Assembly: GCA_031360505.1 (NCBI GenBank) | Contig: JANMBR010000107.1 | Location: 608 to 64,607 of the forward strand | From: Acidobacteriota bacterium | Lineage (GTDB): Bacteria; Acidobacteriota; Thermoanaerobaculia; UBA5066; Gp7-AA6 | Reading direction: 5' to 3' | Length of the DNA stretch: 64,000 bases | In this document: positions 29,202-40,649 of the stretch, piece after piece | Layout of the letters: each line of letters starts with the position of its first letter | Position numbering within the stretch: position 1 is the stretch's first letter | Translations under genes and position numbers: made by a program | The notes under the pieces: model-generated | Database searches by the model: none | Told to the model about the DNA's origin: nothing | Seen by the model: the letters and a program-made list of their open reading frames with translations, nothing else

Positions 29202-29895
29202 CGAGGCGGCGCGGCACGGGCCGGCCCTTGGTCGTCAGCGTGACGCGATTGGTGCGCGCGTCGCGGACCCACTGCACCGAGCGGCCCTGCGACGCGGCGA
29301 TGCCCCGGTACGTCTCGGCGGCCGGCTTGCCGAATCCTCCACCCAGCGTGGACTTGCCGTAGTAGGCCGCCAGAGCCTTGCGGACGTAGAGCTGCGTTTC
29401 TGCATACGGGGGCACACCGTTGTACCTGTCGACCGCCCCTTCGCCCGCGTTGTATGCGGCGAGGGCCTTCACCAGGTCGCCGTCGTAGTAGGACATCAGG
29501 TGCGAGAGCTGGCGCGTTCCGGCGGCGATGTTCTGCTTCGGGTCGTGGACGTCGCTCACGCCATGTTCGGCGGCAACCGCGGGCATGAGCTGCATGAGGC
29601 CGCGGGCCCCCTTGCGCGAGATCGCGGCCGGATTGAAGCCCGACTCGATGAGCATGACCGACTTGACGAGCTTCGGGTCCACGGCGTTGTCGCGCGCCGC
29701 CACGTCGATCAAATCGTCGTACGCGGACGCACGGCCGACGCGGGCGGCCAACCAGCCTTCGCTGGCGGCGATATTGGCGGGGCCGTCGTTGTAGATCACG
29801 CGCCGCCCGTCCTTCACGGCCACGCGCACCTGCGCCGAAGCCGCCGCGGCCATGGCGACAAAAATCCCCACGGAGAGAAGGAGCCGAAGCTTCAT
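29197..29895 (-). CDS. lytic transglycosylase (SLT domain), secreted
   Basis: Signal peptide, 'LVKSVMLIESGFNPAAIS', 'GLMQLMP' and 'AYNAGEGAV' SLT family-1 motifs. Confidence 0.8.
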   Translation of the reverse strand: MKLRLLLSVGIFVAMAAAASAQVRVAVKDGRRVIYNDGPANIAASEGWLAARVGRASAYDDLIDVAARDNAVDPKLVKSVMLIESGFNPAAISRKGARGLMQLMPAVAAEHGVSDVHDPKQNIAAGTRQLSHLMSYYDGDLVKALAAYNAGEGAVDRYNGVPPYAETQLYVRKALAAYYGKSTLGGGFGKPAAETYRGIAASQGRSVQWVRDARTNRVTLTTKGRPVPRRLG

Positions 29896-29999
29896 GACGT
29901 GTGGGGTTGATTATAGCGCCGGGATCCGGCCGCGGAACCCCTATCGGCTCAGAAAGTTACCCGTGCCTGCAACGTGACCCAGCGCACAATGGCGGATCG

Positions 30000-32673
30000 T
30001 CAGGCGGTCGGCCCGGGCTCCGCGAGCAGATCCCGCACGGCTTGCGCCGCCGCTTTCAATCCGTTCGGAAGTTCTGCCGGATTCTTGCCTCCCGCCTGGG
30101 CGAGCTCGGGCTTGCCGCCTCCGCTGCCGCCAAGCGCCTTACCGACGCGCCCGGCGATCTGGGAGGCCGGCAGCTTCTTCACCAGGTCCGGCGTGACCGC
30201 AACGATGATCGAGGTCTTCCCATCCGCGACCGTGCCCACCACGACGACGCCGCTCTTCAACTTCGAGCGCAGGGTGTCCGATAAATTGCGCAGCTCCGGA
30301 ATCGACAGCCCCTCGACGATCCGCGTCACGATGGGAATCCCCCCGACCTCCAGCCGGTCGCCCTGCGACCCCGCGTCGCCCGAGGCGAGCTTCAACTTGA
30401 GCGAAGCGACCTCGCGCTCGAGCGCCCGGACGCGATCCTCGCGCTCGCCCCAACGGGCCGCCAGCGCTTCGCGCGGAGCCTGGGCCGCGCCCGCGAGCGC
30501 GTTCAGGATCTGCTCGTCGTTGGACAGCAGCTCGACCGCGCCGAGCGACGTCACGGCCTCCAGCCGGCGCACTCCCGCCGCGAGGCCGCGGTCGGATACG
30601 ACTTTGAAGGCCCCGATCTCTCCCGTGCGCGGCACGTGGCAGCCGCCGCAGAGCTCGGTCGAGAACCCGGGCACCTCCACAACGCGGACGCGCTCGCCGT
30701 ACTTCTCGCCGAAGAACATGTCCGCGCCCCTGCGGCGAGCTTCGTCCATCGGCATCGTTTCCTTGGTGACCGCCTGGTCGCGAAGGATCTCCTCGTTGAC
30801 GAGCCGCTCGATCTCGGCGATCTGCTCGGGCGTCGTCGCTGCGGCCGCGGCATAGTCGAAGCGCAGCCGGTCGGGAGCAACGAGGGACCCCATCTGGCGA
30901 GCCGTATTGCCGACCACCTTGCGCAGGGCCGCATGGAGCAGATGGGTCCCGGTGTGATTGGCCTGCGTGCGCCGGCGCGTCCATTCGGGGACGCTCATGT
31001 CCACCACGGAGCCGAGTTCGAGCCGCCCGCTGCCCACCCGCACGCGGTGCGCGATGAGATTCGGCACCGGCTTCTGCGCGTCGGTGACGTCCGCATGGCC
31101 GCCGGCCCAGGTCCATGCCCCGGTGTCTGCGACCTGGCCGCCGCCCTCGGGATAGAAGACCGTCCGATCCACGACCACGTCGCCGCTCTCCCCTTCGGAA
31201 AGCAGCGAGGCCTCGCGGCCGTCCTTGACGATCGCGAGGACACGGGCGCCGGAGAGTGAAACGAAATCCTGCTCGGGGTATCCGCGAAACACCGAGTGCT
31301 GCGCAGGCAACTCCAGCCGCTCGTACACCGACGCGTCCGCGGCCTCGAACTTCGCCGACGCGCGCGAGGCGGCGCGCTGGCGTTCCATCGCCTCTTCGAA
31401 GCCGGCGCGGTCCACGGCCACGCCCTCGTCGCCTGCGATTTCCTCGATGACGTCGAGGGGAATGCCGTAGGTGTCGTAGAACCGGAAGACGGCCTCTCCC
31501 GACAGGGCCGTGGCCCCCTCGCGGCGCAGCCGCTCGATCCCTTCGCCCACCCGGTCGGCCCCCTCGGAGAGAGTCTTGCCGAAGCGCTCCTCCTCGGGTG
31601 CGAGCACGCCGGCGACGGTCTTCTCGACCCGGTCGATGTCCGACGGCTCGAAGTACACGCCTGCAAAACTCTCGACGACCGCGGGCACCAGGCGGTACAG
31701 AAACGGCCGGTCCAGACCGAGGCGCCTGCCGTAGCGCATGGCCCGGCGCAGGATCCGCCGCAGGACGTACCCCCGTCCCTCGTTGGAAGGCTGCGCGCCA
31801 TCGGCAATGAGCATCGTGGAGGCGCGAACGTGATCCGCGATGACGCGCAAGGGCGCGTCCTCCGGCGCCATCCCCCCCTTGTACGCGTGCCCCGAGAGCT
31901 CCGCGATCCGGGCGAGGATGCCTTCGAACAGGTCCGTGTCGAAGTTGTTGTTGACGCCCTGCAGGATGGCCGCGAGGCGCTCGAGCCCGGCACCCGTGTC
32001 CACCGAGGGGCGCGGCAGCGGTGTCATCTTTCCCGACGCGTCGCGCTCGAACTGCATGAAGACGAGGTTCCAGATCTCGAGCGTGTCGTCGCCGGGACCG
32101 TTGACGAGGGCCGGCGTGTTGCCGGCCAGATCCGCGCCGCGGTAATAGTGCAGTTCCGAGCAGGGCCCGCAGGGGCCCGTCTCCCCCATCGCCCAGAAAT
32201 TGTCCTTCTCTCCAAATCGCAGCACCCGCGAGGCCGGGAGGTGGCGCTGCCAGAGCTTCGCCGCTTCGTCGTCCTCCGTGTACACCGACGCCCAGAGCCG
32301 CGCGGGATCGAGCCCGTAGCCCTTCCGGTCGGTGACGAGCTCCCAGGCAAACTGGATCGCCTCGGCCTTAAAGTAGTCGCCGAATGAGAAGTTGCCCAGC
32401 ATCTCGAAGAAGGTCTGGTGGCGGCCCGTGTATCCCACGTTGTCGAGATCGTTGTGCTTGCCGCCGGCACGCACGCATTTCTGGGCGGTCGTCGCGCGGA
32501 CGTAGTCCCGCTTCTCGCGGCCCGTGAAGACGTCCTTGAACTGGTTCATCCCGGCGTTGGTGAAGAGCAGCGTGGGGTCCTCGGCCGGGATGAGCGAGGA
32601 CGACGGGACGCGGCGGTGCTGCCGCTCTTCGAAGTAGCGCAGAAACCTTTCCCGGACTTCAGTCGATTTCATA
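30000..32673 (-). CDS. alaS: alanine--tRNA ligase
   Basis: 'MKSTEVRERFLRYFEERQH...FTNAGMNQFK...' class II core, editing domain and C-terminal DHHA1. Start at the ATG for MKSTEV; the ORF track extends to 32807. Confidence 0.95.
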
Positions 32674-33087
32674 CCAGCCCCGGATAATCTCAGAAATCTT
32701 CTCCGCCCGAAAACCGCGTCGGACCAGGGCCGCGAAAACTCGCCGGCGGCGAAGGGCCGGCGCGAGGTCGGCGCGGGCCTTCCAGAGCTTGCGAAAGAGG
32801 CGCGCAAGCTCCTCGTTCTCCCGCTCGGCGCCGCCCTCGGCCTCGAAGGCGGCGCCGATGGTCTCCCGGGAGAATCCGCGGGCTTTCAGCTCGCGCTCGA
32901 CTCGAGCGCGTCCGTAGCGCGCCCCGCGCAGACGCACGGCCGAGCGCGCCACCGAGAGGTCGTCGAGCAGACCCTGCGTTTCGAGACGCCCGAGCGCCCC
33001 GGCGACGGCAGCGGGCTCGAAGCCGCGTTCTCCGAGGGTCCGCTCGAGCTCCACGCGCCCGCGGGGCCGGACCCCGAGCAGCCGCAA
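32659..33087 (-). CDS. recX: regulatory protein RecX
   Basis: 142 aa built of repeated three-helix RecX repeats. Sits immediately upstream of alaS, the conserved recX-alaS linkage. Confidence 0.7.
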   Translation of the reverse strand: MRLLGVRPRGRVELERTLGERGFEPAAVAGALGRLETQGLLDDLSVARSAVRLRGARYGRARVERELKARGFSRETIGAAFEAEGGAERENEELARLFRKLWKARADLAPALRRRRVFAALVRRGFRAEKISEIIRGWYEID

Positions 33088-33159
33088 CGCCCTTTCGAAC
33101 GCCGCAGCGGCGGACGCAGGTTGCGCCGGGGGTTGGCCCTTGCGAAACGTCGAGCCGGC

Positions 33160-34347
33160 CTAGCCGCGACCCGGTGGCTGGTTGGAGAAGTCGAAGGGCG
33201 ACTCCTCCTGGGCCGGATTGAAATCGGAGGGCGCCTCGAGGGCCGCGTCCATCTCCTCGCGCGCGAGGTCCGACGTCGACTGGATGCCCTGGATGCGCAG
33301 CTTGAACTCGTTGGGATTGGTCGAACGTTTCAGGGCTTCCTCGAGCGTGATGAGGCCCGACTTGTAGAGGCTGTAAAGCGACTGATCGAAGGTCTGCATG
33401 CCGTACTGCGAGGTGCCCTGCTGGATCGCGTCCTTGATGTACTTGGTCTTTTCCTTGTTCTCGATGCATTCCCGCACGTAGTTGGTGCGGATGAGGATCT
33501 CGGCCGCCGGTACGCGGCCGAGCCCGTCGGCGCGCGGCATGAGGCGCAGCGAGATGACGGCCTTCAACACCGCCCCGAGCTGCAGGCGGATCTGCTTCTG
33601 CTGATGCGGCGGGAACACCGCGATGATGCGGTTGATCGTCTCGGTGGCATCGAGCGTATGGAGGGTGGAGAACACGAGGTGGCCGGTCTCCGAAGCCGTC
33701 AGGGCCGTCTCGATGGTCTCGTAGTCGCGCATTTCGCCGACGAGGATGACGTCCGGGTCCTGGCGCAGCGCGCTGCGCAGGGCGATCGAGAACCCCTTCG
33801 TGTCGACGTCGACTTCCCGCTGGTTGACGAGCGACTTCTTGTCGCGGTGGAGGAACTCGATCGGGTCCTCGACCGTCATGATGTGCTCGTTGCGCGTCGC
33901 GTTGATGTGGTCGATCATCGCCGCGAGCGTCGTCGACTTTCCGGAGCCGGTCGTCCCGGTGCACAAGACGAGGCCGCGCTGTTCCTGGCAGATCTTCTCG
34001 AGCACGGGTGGCAGCAGCAGGTCTTTCATGGACAGGATGCGGGCCGGGATGACGCGCAGGACCAGCCCGACGGTTCCGCGCTGCTGGAAAATGTTGCACC
34101 GGAAGCGCCCGAGGTTCGGGACGTTGTAAGCGATGTCGATCTCGAAGTTGTTCTTGAACTTCTCCTTCTGCCGGGCCGACATGATCGAGAAGGCCATCGC
34201 GATCGTGTCTTCCTGCATCAGGCGTCGCATGTCGGACAGCGGAATGAGCGATCCGTCGATCCGGATGACGGGAAAAGCGCCCACTTTCAGGTGCAAGTCG
34301 GACGCCTTGCGCTCGACCGAAATCTTCAGCAGATCGTTGATATGCAT
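33160..34347 (-). CDS. pilT: type IV pilus twitching-motility ATPase PilT
   Basis: 'LCTGTTGSGKSTTLAAMIDHIN', 'TVEDPIEF' and 'GHLVFSTLHT' are PilT/PilU secretion-ATPase motifs. Confidence 0.9.
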   Translation of the reverse strand: MHINDLLKISVERKASDLHLKVGAFPVIRIDGSLIPLSDMRRLMQEDTIAMAFSIMSARQKEKFKNNFEIDIAYNVPNLGRFRCNIFQQRGTVGLVLRVIPARILSMKDLLLPPVLEKICQEQRGLVLCTGTTGSGKSTTLAAMIDHINATRNEHIMTVEDPIEFLHRDKKSLVNQREVDVDTKGFSIALRSALRQDPDVILVGEMRDYETIETALTASETGHLVFSTLHTLDATETINRIIAVFPPHQQKQIRLQLGAVLKAVISLRLMPRADGLGRVPAAEILIRTNYVRECIENKEKTKYIKDAIQQGTSQYGMQTFDQSLYSLYKSGLITLEEALKRSTNPNEFKLRIQGIQSTSDLAREEMDAALEAPSDFNPAQEESPFDFSNQPPGRG

Positions 34348-34474
34348 GGCTTTATTTTTCCTCGGTTGGTGGCTAGATTACGCCGGTTAAGCGAGGAAGG
34401 GAAGGGAGAAGGGATCGTAGGGACGGCCCTTGCGGCCGGCCGCGGTCAGGAACAAAGGCCGAGTTCACAGAGCT

Positions 34475-35416
34475 TTACCTGACCGCTGCCTCCACCGGCA
34501 GCGGCGTCAGCCAGCCGTAGCGGTCCTCGGCCTCGCCATGGATCATGGCGAAGAACTCTTTCTGAAGGCGCTCGGTGATGGGTCCCCGGCGGCCCGGACC
34601 CACGACGATGCGGTCCACCGACCGGATCGGCGTGATCTCCGCCGCCGTGCCCGTGAAAAAGATCTCGTCGGCAAGGTAGAGCATCTCCCGGGCGATCGGC
34701 TGCTCGACGACCGTGTATCCAGCGTCCCTGGCAATCCTCATGATCGAGTCCCGAGTGATCCCGGGCAGGATCGTTCCCGCGAGCGGCGGCGTCAGCAGCC
34801 GGCCCCCGTACGCCAGGAAGATGTTCTCGCCGCTGCCCTCGGAGACTCGGCCCGCGTTGTCGAGAGCGATTCCCTCGGTGAAGCCGTTGGTGATCGCCTC
34901 CATCTTGATCAGGGCGGAATTCAAGTAGTTGCCCGTCGCCTTCGCCATGGCCGGAAACGTGTTCGGGGCCATGCGGTTCCAGGAGGAGACGCAGACGTCC
35001 ACGCCGCTCTCGAGCGCCTCGTCGCCGAGGTACTTTCCCCAGCGCCACACGGCGATCATGACGTCCACCGGACTGTTGAACGGGTTGACGCCGAGCGCGC
35101 CGAGGCCCCGGTACACCACCGGGCGGATGTAGCACTCGTCGTAGCCGTTGGAGCGAATCGTCTCGAAGATCGCCTCGCGCAACTCCCTGGGCGTATACGG
35201 CACTTCCATCCGGTAGACCTTGCAGGAGTCGTAGAGCCGCTTGATGTGCTCCTCCAGGCGGAAGGCCGCCGAACCGTGTTTCGTCTTGTAGACGCGGGCG
35301 CCCTCGAACATTCCGGAGCCGTAGTGAAACACGTGCGAGAACGCGTGGATCTTCGCGTCGGCGAAGTCCACCAGCCGGCCATTCATCCAGACTTTTTTGA
35401 CGTCCTCGTAGGACAT
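34475..35416 (-). CDS. ilvE: branched-chain amino acid aminotransferase
   Basis: '[16 protein letters not shown]', '[18 protein letters not shown]' are fold-type IV PLP motifs. Confidence 0.9.
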   Translation of the reverse strand: MSYEDVKKVWMNGRLVDFADAKIHAFSHVFHYGSGMFEGARVYKTKHGSAAFRLEEHIKRLYDSCKVYRMEVPYTPRELREAIFETIRSNGYDECYIRPVVYRGLGALGVNPFNSPVDVMIAVWRWGKYLGDEALESGVDVCVSSWNRMAPNTFPAMAKATGNYLNSALIKMEAITNGFTEGIALDNAGRVSEGSGENIFLAYGGRLLTPPLAGTILPGITRDSIMRIARDAGYTVVEQPIAREMLYLADEIFFTGTAAEITPIRSVDRIVVGPGRRGPITERLQKEFFAMIHGEAEDRYGWLTPLPVEAAVR

Positions 35417-35483
35417 GCCGCCTCCAAGTTTGTGACCCGCGGTCGAAGTATTTCGCTCCGCCGTGGGAGTGTCAATGCGGATT

Positions 35484-36206
35484 TCAGCGGCGCGCCAGCG
35501 CCGTGCGCGCGAGCGTCAACGCCGCGACCGCGGCGGTCTCGGCCCGCAGCTTTCCGGCAGCCAGAGACGCCGCGACCCATCCTTGCGCGAGCGCGGCCGC
35601 GAGTTCCGCGTCCGTCCACCCGCCCTCCGGGCCCACGAGCAGCGCCGTCGGCCCGGCCGGCAGCACAGCCGGAAACGGCTCGCCGCTCAGGTCGAGGATG
35701 AGCCTCGACCCTGCCGCCTCACTTCGCAGCACGTCAGACAGCGCGACCGGCCCGATGATCTCGGGCCAGCGAGACGCCTGCGCCTGCTTGGCCGCCTCCC
35801 GAACCACCCGGGCCAGCCGCGGGCAGAGCGCCTCGCTTGCGCGAAAGCTCTGCGTCCGTTCACTCGACACCAGCGTAAGGCGCGCGGCGCCGAGCTCTGT
35901 CGCCTTTTCGGCGATCCACGACAGGCGCTCGGAGCGCACCACAGCGACGAGCAAGTGGATGGGCGCCGCCGGCTCGGGAGCCGCGGCGCGCACGTGCTCG
36001 ACGTCCACGTCCACGCGCCCACGGTCAATTCGGGTCACGAGGCCGGCCGCCTCCCGGCCGCTGCCGTCCAGGAGCACGACGGCGTCGCCGGCCGCGACCC
36101 GCCGCGCGCGCGCGTGGGCCGCTTCTTCGCCCTCGATCCGGCAGGCGGAGCCCGCCTCGGGCAGCGCGCCGACGATCAGTCGTGCGCCAGGCAGAGGCTG
36201 ATCCAT
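35484..36206 (-). CDS. rsmE: 16S rRNA (uracil1498-N3)-methyltransferase RsmE
   Basis: C-terminal SPOUT domain '[13 protein letters not shown]...[12 protein letters not shown]'. Start at the ATG for MDQPL; the ORF track carries a 5' extension. Confidence 0.8.
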   Translation of the reverse strand: MDQPLPGARLIVGALPEAGSACRIEGEEAAHARARRVAAGDAVVLLDGSGREAAGLVTRIDRGRVDVDVEHVRAAAPEPAAPIHLLVAVVRSERLSWIAEKATELGAARLTLVSSERTQSFRASEALCPRLARVVREAAKQAQASRWPEIIGPVALSDVLRSEAAGSRLILDLSGEPFPAVLPAGPTALLVGPEGGWTDAELAAALAQGWVAASLAAGKLRAETAAVAALTLARTALARR

Positions 36207-37009
36207 TCTCCCTCCGTGCGGCGGCCGTCGAGCTTCCATCGACCGGTCCGCATCTTCGAGAGCACCGACGGCTCGCGGTCCCGCGTGACACCCGAGAGCA
36301 AAACACGGCCCCGTCGCGCCGCGCCGCCGAGCAGGCGACGCGCCTCGGGCAGGATCTCTGCCGCAAGCATGTTCGACACCACGAGGTCGAACTTTCCGGC
36401 GCATGCGGCGAGGGGCCCCGCATAGAGGCGCACTCGATTGCCGAAGGAGTGCCGCGCGAGGTTCTCCCGGGCGACGAAGACGGCTTCCGCGTCCGTGTCG
36501 AGGCCCACCGCCAGTCGAGCGCCCAATGCCGCCGCCGCAAGGGCGAGAACGCCGGAGCCCGTCCCGACGTCGAGCACGGTCCGGCCTTCCAGCGCTTCGT
36601 CCTCGAGCGCGAGCAGCGCGAGCCGGGTCGAAGCATGGCTTCCCGTGCCGAACGCCCGCGATGCAGGCACGCGCAGGGAGATCCTCCCCTCCGGTGCCTG
36701 CGCGCGGGAAGAATCGCCCGGTTCCATCCACAGGCGACGGCCGATGGGAAACGGCTGCGAGGCCGCCCGGTAGGCCTCGAGCGGGTCGCCCTCGGAGATG
36801 TCCGTCGTCAGATCGTGGCGGACCTTGCGCGACCGCAGACTCTGTGCGGCCCCGCGCGCCGCTTCGGCTTCGCGGAAAAAAGCGACGAGATTCCGGCCCG
36901 CGTCTTCGAATCCGAGAGGGTCATGGAGGAGGAGGAGTCCGAGCACGGCATCGTCGCCGGACTTCTGGGGGACGAAGAGGCGGCTGTAGCGTTGCCGCGG
37001 CGGATTCAC
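36176..37009 (-). CDS. prmA: ribosomal protein L11 methyltransferase
   Basis: '[13 protein letters not shown]', '[16 protein letters not shown]' and '[10 protein letters not shown]'. GTG start overlaps the dnaJ stop (GTGA). Confidence 0.85.
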   Translation of the reverse strand: MNPPRQRYSRLFVPQKSGDDAVLGLLLLHDPLGFEDAGRNLVAFFREAEAARGAAQSLRSRKVRHDLTTDISEGDPLEAYRAASQPFPIGRRLWMEPGDSSRAQAPEGRISLRVPASRAFGTGSHASTRLALLALEDEALEGRTVLDVGTGSGVLALAAAALGARLAVGLDTDAEAVFVARENLARHSFGNRVRLYAGPLAACAGKFDLVVSNMLAAEILPEARRLLGGAARRGRVLLSGVTRDREPSVLSKMRTGRWKLDGRRTEGEWISLCLAHD

Positions 37010-38127
37010 GAAAAGATCTTCTTCGCCTTCCGAAACACTCCCTTGCCCTTGCCAACCGGCGCTCCGGTCAGCTCGGCGTACCGACGCAGGAGCTCTTTCT
37101 CGTCCTTCGACGGGGATTCGGGCACGTTCACGCCGACGCGCACGACGAGATCGCCGCGCCCGTTGCGGCCGAGTCGGCCCATGCCCTTGCCCTTCAAACG
37201 CAAATCGGACCCGACCGGCGTCCCCGGCGAGACCGTCAGCTCGTCCGCGCCCTCGAGCGTCGGCACCGACACCTCGCCGCCGAGCACCAGAGTCGGGAAC
37301 GGGAGATCGAGGCTCACGACGATGTCGTCGCCGTCGCGCGAGAAGATCTCGTCTTCGGCGACCGTCAGCACGACGTAGAGGTCGCCGGCCGGGCCGCCGT
37401 TGGGGCCCGCGTCGCCCTCCCCCGTCAGGCGCATGCGCGAGCCCGTCTCCACGCCCGCGGGGATGCGAATCGTCATGTCCTTTTTCGAGCGCCGACGCCC
37501 CTCGCCCCCGCAGGCAGCGCACGGTTTCTCGATGATCTGACCTTCGCCGTGGCAGGCCGGGCACGGACGCATCACGGTGAGAAAGCCCTGGGATACGCGC
37601 TGGCGCCCCTTCCCGTCGCAGGTGGGACACCGCTTCGGCTTCGAGCCCGGTGCGGCGCCGCTGCCTTCGCAGCCCTCGCACCGCTCGAGCCGGGAGATCG
37701 CGATGGGCGCCTCGACTCCGAAGGCCGCGTCGCGAAACGCGATCGTCATGCGATAGACGAGATCGCTGCCCGCCATCGGCCCCGGCGCACCGCCGAAGCC
37801 TCCGCCGGACGCGAAGCCGAAGAGACCGCCGAAGAGATCGGAAAGGTCGCCGAACCCCGAGGCCTCGAACCCCGAGAAACCCCCGGCGCCGGCCCCGCCC
37901 GGAGAGTTGCCGGCGTGGCCGAATCGGTCGTACCGCGCGCGCTTGTCCGAGTCGGACAGCACGGCATACGCCTCCGAGGCCTCCTTGAACTTCTCGGCCG
38001 CGTCCGGATTGTTCGGATTGCGGTCCGGGTGGTACATGAGCGCGAGCTTGCGGTAGGAGGACTTGAGCTCGGCGGCATCGACCTCGCGGGTCACACCCAA
38101 TACTTCGTAATAGTCGCGTTGTGCCAT
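37006..38127 (-). CDS. dnaJ: chaperone DnaJ
   Basis: J-domain 'DYYEVLGV...HPDRN', a G/F region and four CxxCxGxG zinc-finger repeats. Confidence 0.95.
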   Translation of the reverse strand: MAQRDYYEVLGVTREVDAAELKSSYRKLALMYHPDRNPNNPDAAEKFKEASEAYAVLSDSDKRARYDRFGHAGNSPGGAGAGGFSGFEASGFGDLSDLFGGLFGFASGGGFGGAPGPMAGSDLVYRMTIAFRDAAFGVEAPIAISRLERCEGCEGSGAAPGSKPKRCPTCDGKGRQRVSQGFLTVMRPCPACHGEGQIIEKPCAACGGEGRRRSKKDMTIRIPAGVETGSRMRLTGEGDAGPNGGPAGDLYVVLTVAEDEIFSRDGDDIVVSLDLPFPTLVLGGEVSVPTLEGADELTVSPGTPVGSDLRLKGKGMGRLGRNGRGDLVVRVGVNVPESPSKDEKELLRRYAELTGAPVGKGKGVFRKAKKIFS

Positions 38128-38138
38128 AGGAAGAACGG

Positions 38139-38206
38139 GTCATGGGTCCTGAGTTGCGAGTCTTGAGAGGGCTCGTCCTGCCGACTCACAACTCATGACT
38201 CATGAC
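38139..38206 (-). promoter_or_regulatory. extended imperfect hairpin in the dnaK-dnaJ intergenic region
   Basis: 'GTCATGGGTCCTGAGTTG' pairs with 'CAACTCATGACTCATGAC' (2 mismatches), with an inner GAGTC/GACTC stem. The 3' arm ends ~9 nt before the dnaJ ATG. Confidence 0.5.
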
Positions 38207-38219
38207 TCACGACTCTCCG

Positions 38220-40049
38220 TCAGCTCGCCGCCGCTCCCCCTGCACCGGCCCGCTGGAGCATCACGCGCGTCAGCACCTTCGAGACTCCCTGCATGTCGAA
38301 GATCGCCTCGTTGAAGGCTTCCCGCGACTCGCCGCCGGCGATCTCGTGGGAGCGCCGCAGCGTCTCCTCGATGCGCTGCCGCTCGTCCTCGGCGAGAGCG
38401 GCGCCGAATTCGGAGAGCACGCGCTCGTTGGACGCGATCATGCCTTCGAGCCGGTTCTTGATTGCGGCGATCTCGCGGCGCTCGTGGTCGGCCTCGGCGA
38501 AGGACGATGCGTCCTTGATGATCTTGTCGATCTCGTTCTGCGACAGACCGCCGGCCGGGTTGATCTGCAGGCCCTGGGCCTTGCCGGTCGTGAGGTCGCG
38601 CGCCGAGACGCTGACGATGCCGTTCGAGTCGATCGCGAACGTGACCTCGATCTGCGGCACCCCGCGGGGCGCCGCCGGAATGCCGACGAGCTCGAAGCGC
38701 CCGAGCGACTTGTTGTCCTTGGCGATCTCACGCTCGCCCTGCAGGACGTGGATCTCGACGACCGACTGGTTGTCGGCGACCGTCGTGAAGACCTTGGTGT
38801 TCTTGGTCGGGATCGTGGAGTTGCGCTCGATGAGCTTTTCGAATACGCCGCCGTGCATTTCGATGCCGAGCGAGAGGGGCGTCACGTCGAGGAGCACGAC
38901 GTCCTTGATCTCGCCCTTGAGCACCCCGCCCTGGATCGCCGCGCCGATCGCGACGACCTCGTCCGGGTTGATGTCCCGGTTGGGCTCGCGGCCGAAGAGC
39001 TCGGCCACCATTCGCTGCACTTTCGGCGTCCGGGTCTGGCCGCCGACGAGGATCACCTGGTCGACGTCCGAGGGCTTCAACCCCGCGGCCGAAAGCGCGT
39101 CGAGGCACGGCGCCGCCGTCCGGTCGATCAGGTCGGCGACGAGAGACTCGAAGCGCTCGCGCGTCAGTGTCCGGTTGATGTGCTTCGGGCCGGACGCGTC
39201 GGCCGAGATGAACGGCAGGGTCAGCGTCGTCTCGGTGGCCGTCGACAACTCGCACTTGGCCTTCTCGGCGGCTTCCTTTAGCCGCTGGAGGGCCATGCGG
39301 TCCTGCCGCAGGTCGATCCCGGTGGACTTGCGGAAGTCGTCGAGGAGCCAGTCCATGATTTTCTTGTCGAAGTCCTCGCCGCCGAGGTACGTGTCGCCGG
39401 CCGTGGCCTTGACCTCGTAGATCCCGTCGCCGAGCTGCAGGATCGAGATATCGAACGTCCCACCGCCGAGGTCGTACACCGCGACCGTCTCGCTGCCCTT
39501 GCGGTCGAGTCCGTATGCGAGCGACGCCGCCGTGGGCTCGTTGATGATGCGTAGGACTTCGAGCCCCGCGATCCGCCCCGCGTCGCGCGTGGCCTGGCGC
39601 TGCGCGTCGTCGAAGTACGCGGGCACCGTGATGATCGCCTCGGTGATCTCCTCGCCGAGCGCCTCCTCCGAGAATTCCTTGATCTCCCGCAGGATGAACG
39701 CCGAGATCTCCTCGGGGCTGTACTCGCGGGCGCGCGCGCGGATCTTCACATCGCCGTTGACCGCGCGGACGATCTCGTAGGGAAGCACTTCGCGGGCGTG
39801 CTGTGTCTCCTCGGCCTCGTACTTGCGTCCGACCAGGCGCTTGACGGCGAACACGGTGTTCATCGGGTTGGTGATCGCCTGGCGCTTGGCGATCTGACCG
39901 ACCAGGCGCTCCCCATCCTCCGTGAAACCGACGATCGAGGGCGTCGTGCGGCTACCCTCCCGGTTCGTGAGGACCTGCGGAGTGGCGCCCTCGACCACGG
40001 AGACGCAGCAGTTCGTCGTGCCGAGGTCGATGCCGAGGATCTTTCCCAC
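38220..40049 (-). CDS. dnaK: chaperone DnaK (Hsp70)
   Basis: '[13 protein letters not shown]', 'DLGGGTFD' and a C-terminal lid. 609 aa. Confidence 0.97.
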   Translation of the reverse strand: MGKILGIDLGTTNCCVSVVEGATPQVLTNREGSRTTPSIVGFTEDGERLVGQIAKRQAITNPMNTVFAVKRLVGRKYEAEETQHAREVLPYEIVRAVNGDVKIRARAREYSPEEISAFILREIKEFSEEALGEEITEAIITVPAYFDDAQRQATRDAGRIAGLEVLRIINEPTAASLAYGLDRKGSETVAVYDLGGGTFDISILQLGDGIYEVKATAGDTYLGGEDFDKKIMDWLLDDFRKSTGIDLRQDRMALQRLKEAAEKAKCELSTATETTLTLPFISADASGPKHINRTLTRERFESLVADLIDRTAAPCLDALSAAGLKPSDVDQVILVGGQTRTPKVQRMVAELFGREPNRDINPDEVVAIGAAIQGGVLKGEIKDVVLLDVTPLSLGIEMHGGVFEKLIERNSTIPTKNTKVFTTVADNQSVVEIHVLQGEREIAKDNKSLGRFELVGIPAAPRGVPQIEVTFAIDSNGIVSVSARDLTTGKAQGLQINPAGGLSQNEIDKIIKDASSFAEADHERREIAAIKNRLEGMIASNERVLSEFGAALAEDERQRIEETLRRSHEIAGGESREAFNEAIFDMQGVSKVLTRVMLQRAGAGGAAAS

Positions 40050-40058
40050 GATGCCTCC

Positions 40059-40649
40059 TTACCCGTTCCCGCCGGACTCGCCCTTGCGCACGGCCACCTT
40101 GACGAACGACGGCCGGATCAGCCGGTCGTTCAGGAAATACCCCTTCTGGAGCTCCGCGACGATCATGTTCGGCGCGATCGCGTCCGTCTCTTCGGTCGCA
40201 ACCGCCTCGTGCAGGTTCGGGTCGAACACCCCCGAAGTATCGATCGGGATCAGCCCGTAGCGCTTCCAGAGCTCGGCGATCTGCTTGCGGATGATCACGA
40301 CGCCCTGGCCGAAGTCGCTCTCGAGGTCGGCGGGGCGGGCGTGCTCGAGCGCGCGCTCGAAATTGTCCATCACCGGAAGAAAGTCGTGCACGAAACCGGC
40401 GAGCGCGATCTTGAAATACTCCTGGCGCTCTTTCTCGCTGCGCTTCTTGTGGTTCTCGAACTCGGCAAGCTTGCGGACGTACCGGTCCTTGAGCTCCTCG
40501 AGGTCCTTCTGCACCGACTGGACTTTCTCCTGCGCCGCCGTCAAGGCCGCCGCCTCTTCCTGCGCAAGCGCGGAGTCGAGGGAGTCGCCGGAGTCCCTCA
40601 GCTCGATCAGGTCCTCGTCCGATCCCGGGGAGCGATCCCGGCCGCTCAT
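40059..40649 (-). CDS. grpE: nucleotide exchange factor GrpE
   Basis: 'DRYVRKLAEFENHKKR' GrpE signature. Confidence 0.9.
   Translation of the reverse strand: MSGRDRSPGSDEDLIELRDSGDSLDSALAQEEAAALTAAQEKVQSVQKDLEELKDRYVRKLAEFENHKKRSEKERQEYFKIALAGFVHDFLPVMDNFERALEHARPADLESDFGQGVVIIRKQIAELWKRYGLIPIDTSGVFDPNLHEAVATEETDAIAPNMIVAELQKGYFLNDRLIRPSFVKVAVRKGESGGNG

Noticed and set aside
36176-38143. 655-aa minus-strand ORF
   Set aside because: The upstream two-thirds run through dnaJ in an alternative frame. Only the C-terminal 277 aa (prmA) carry recognisable motifs.
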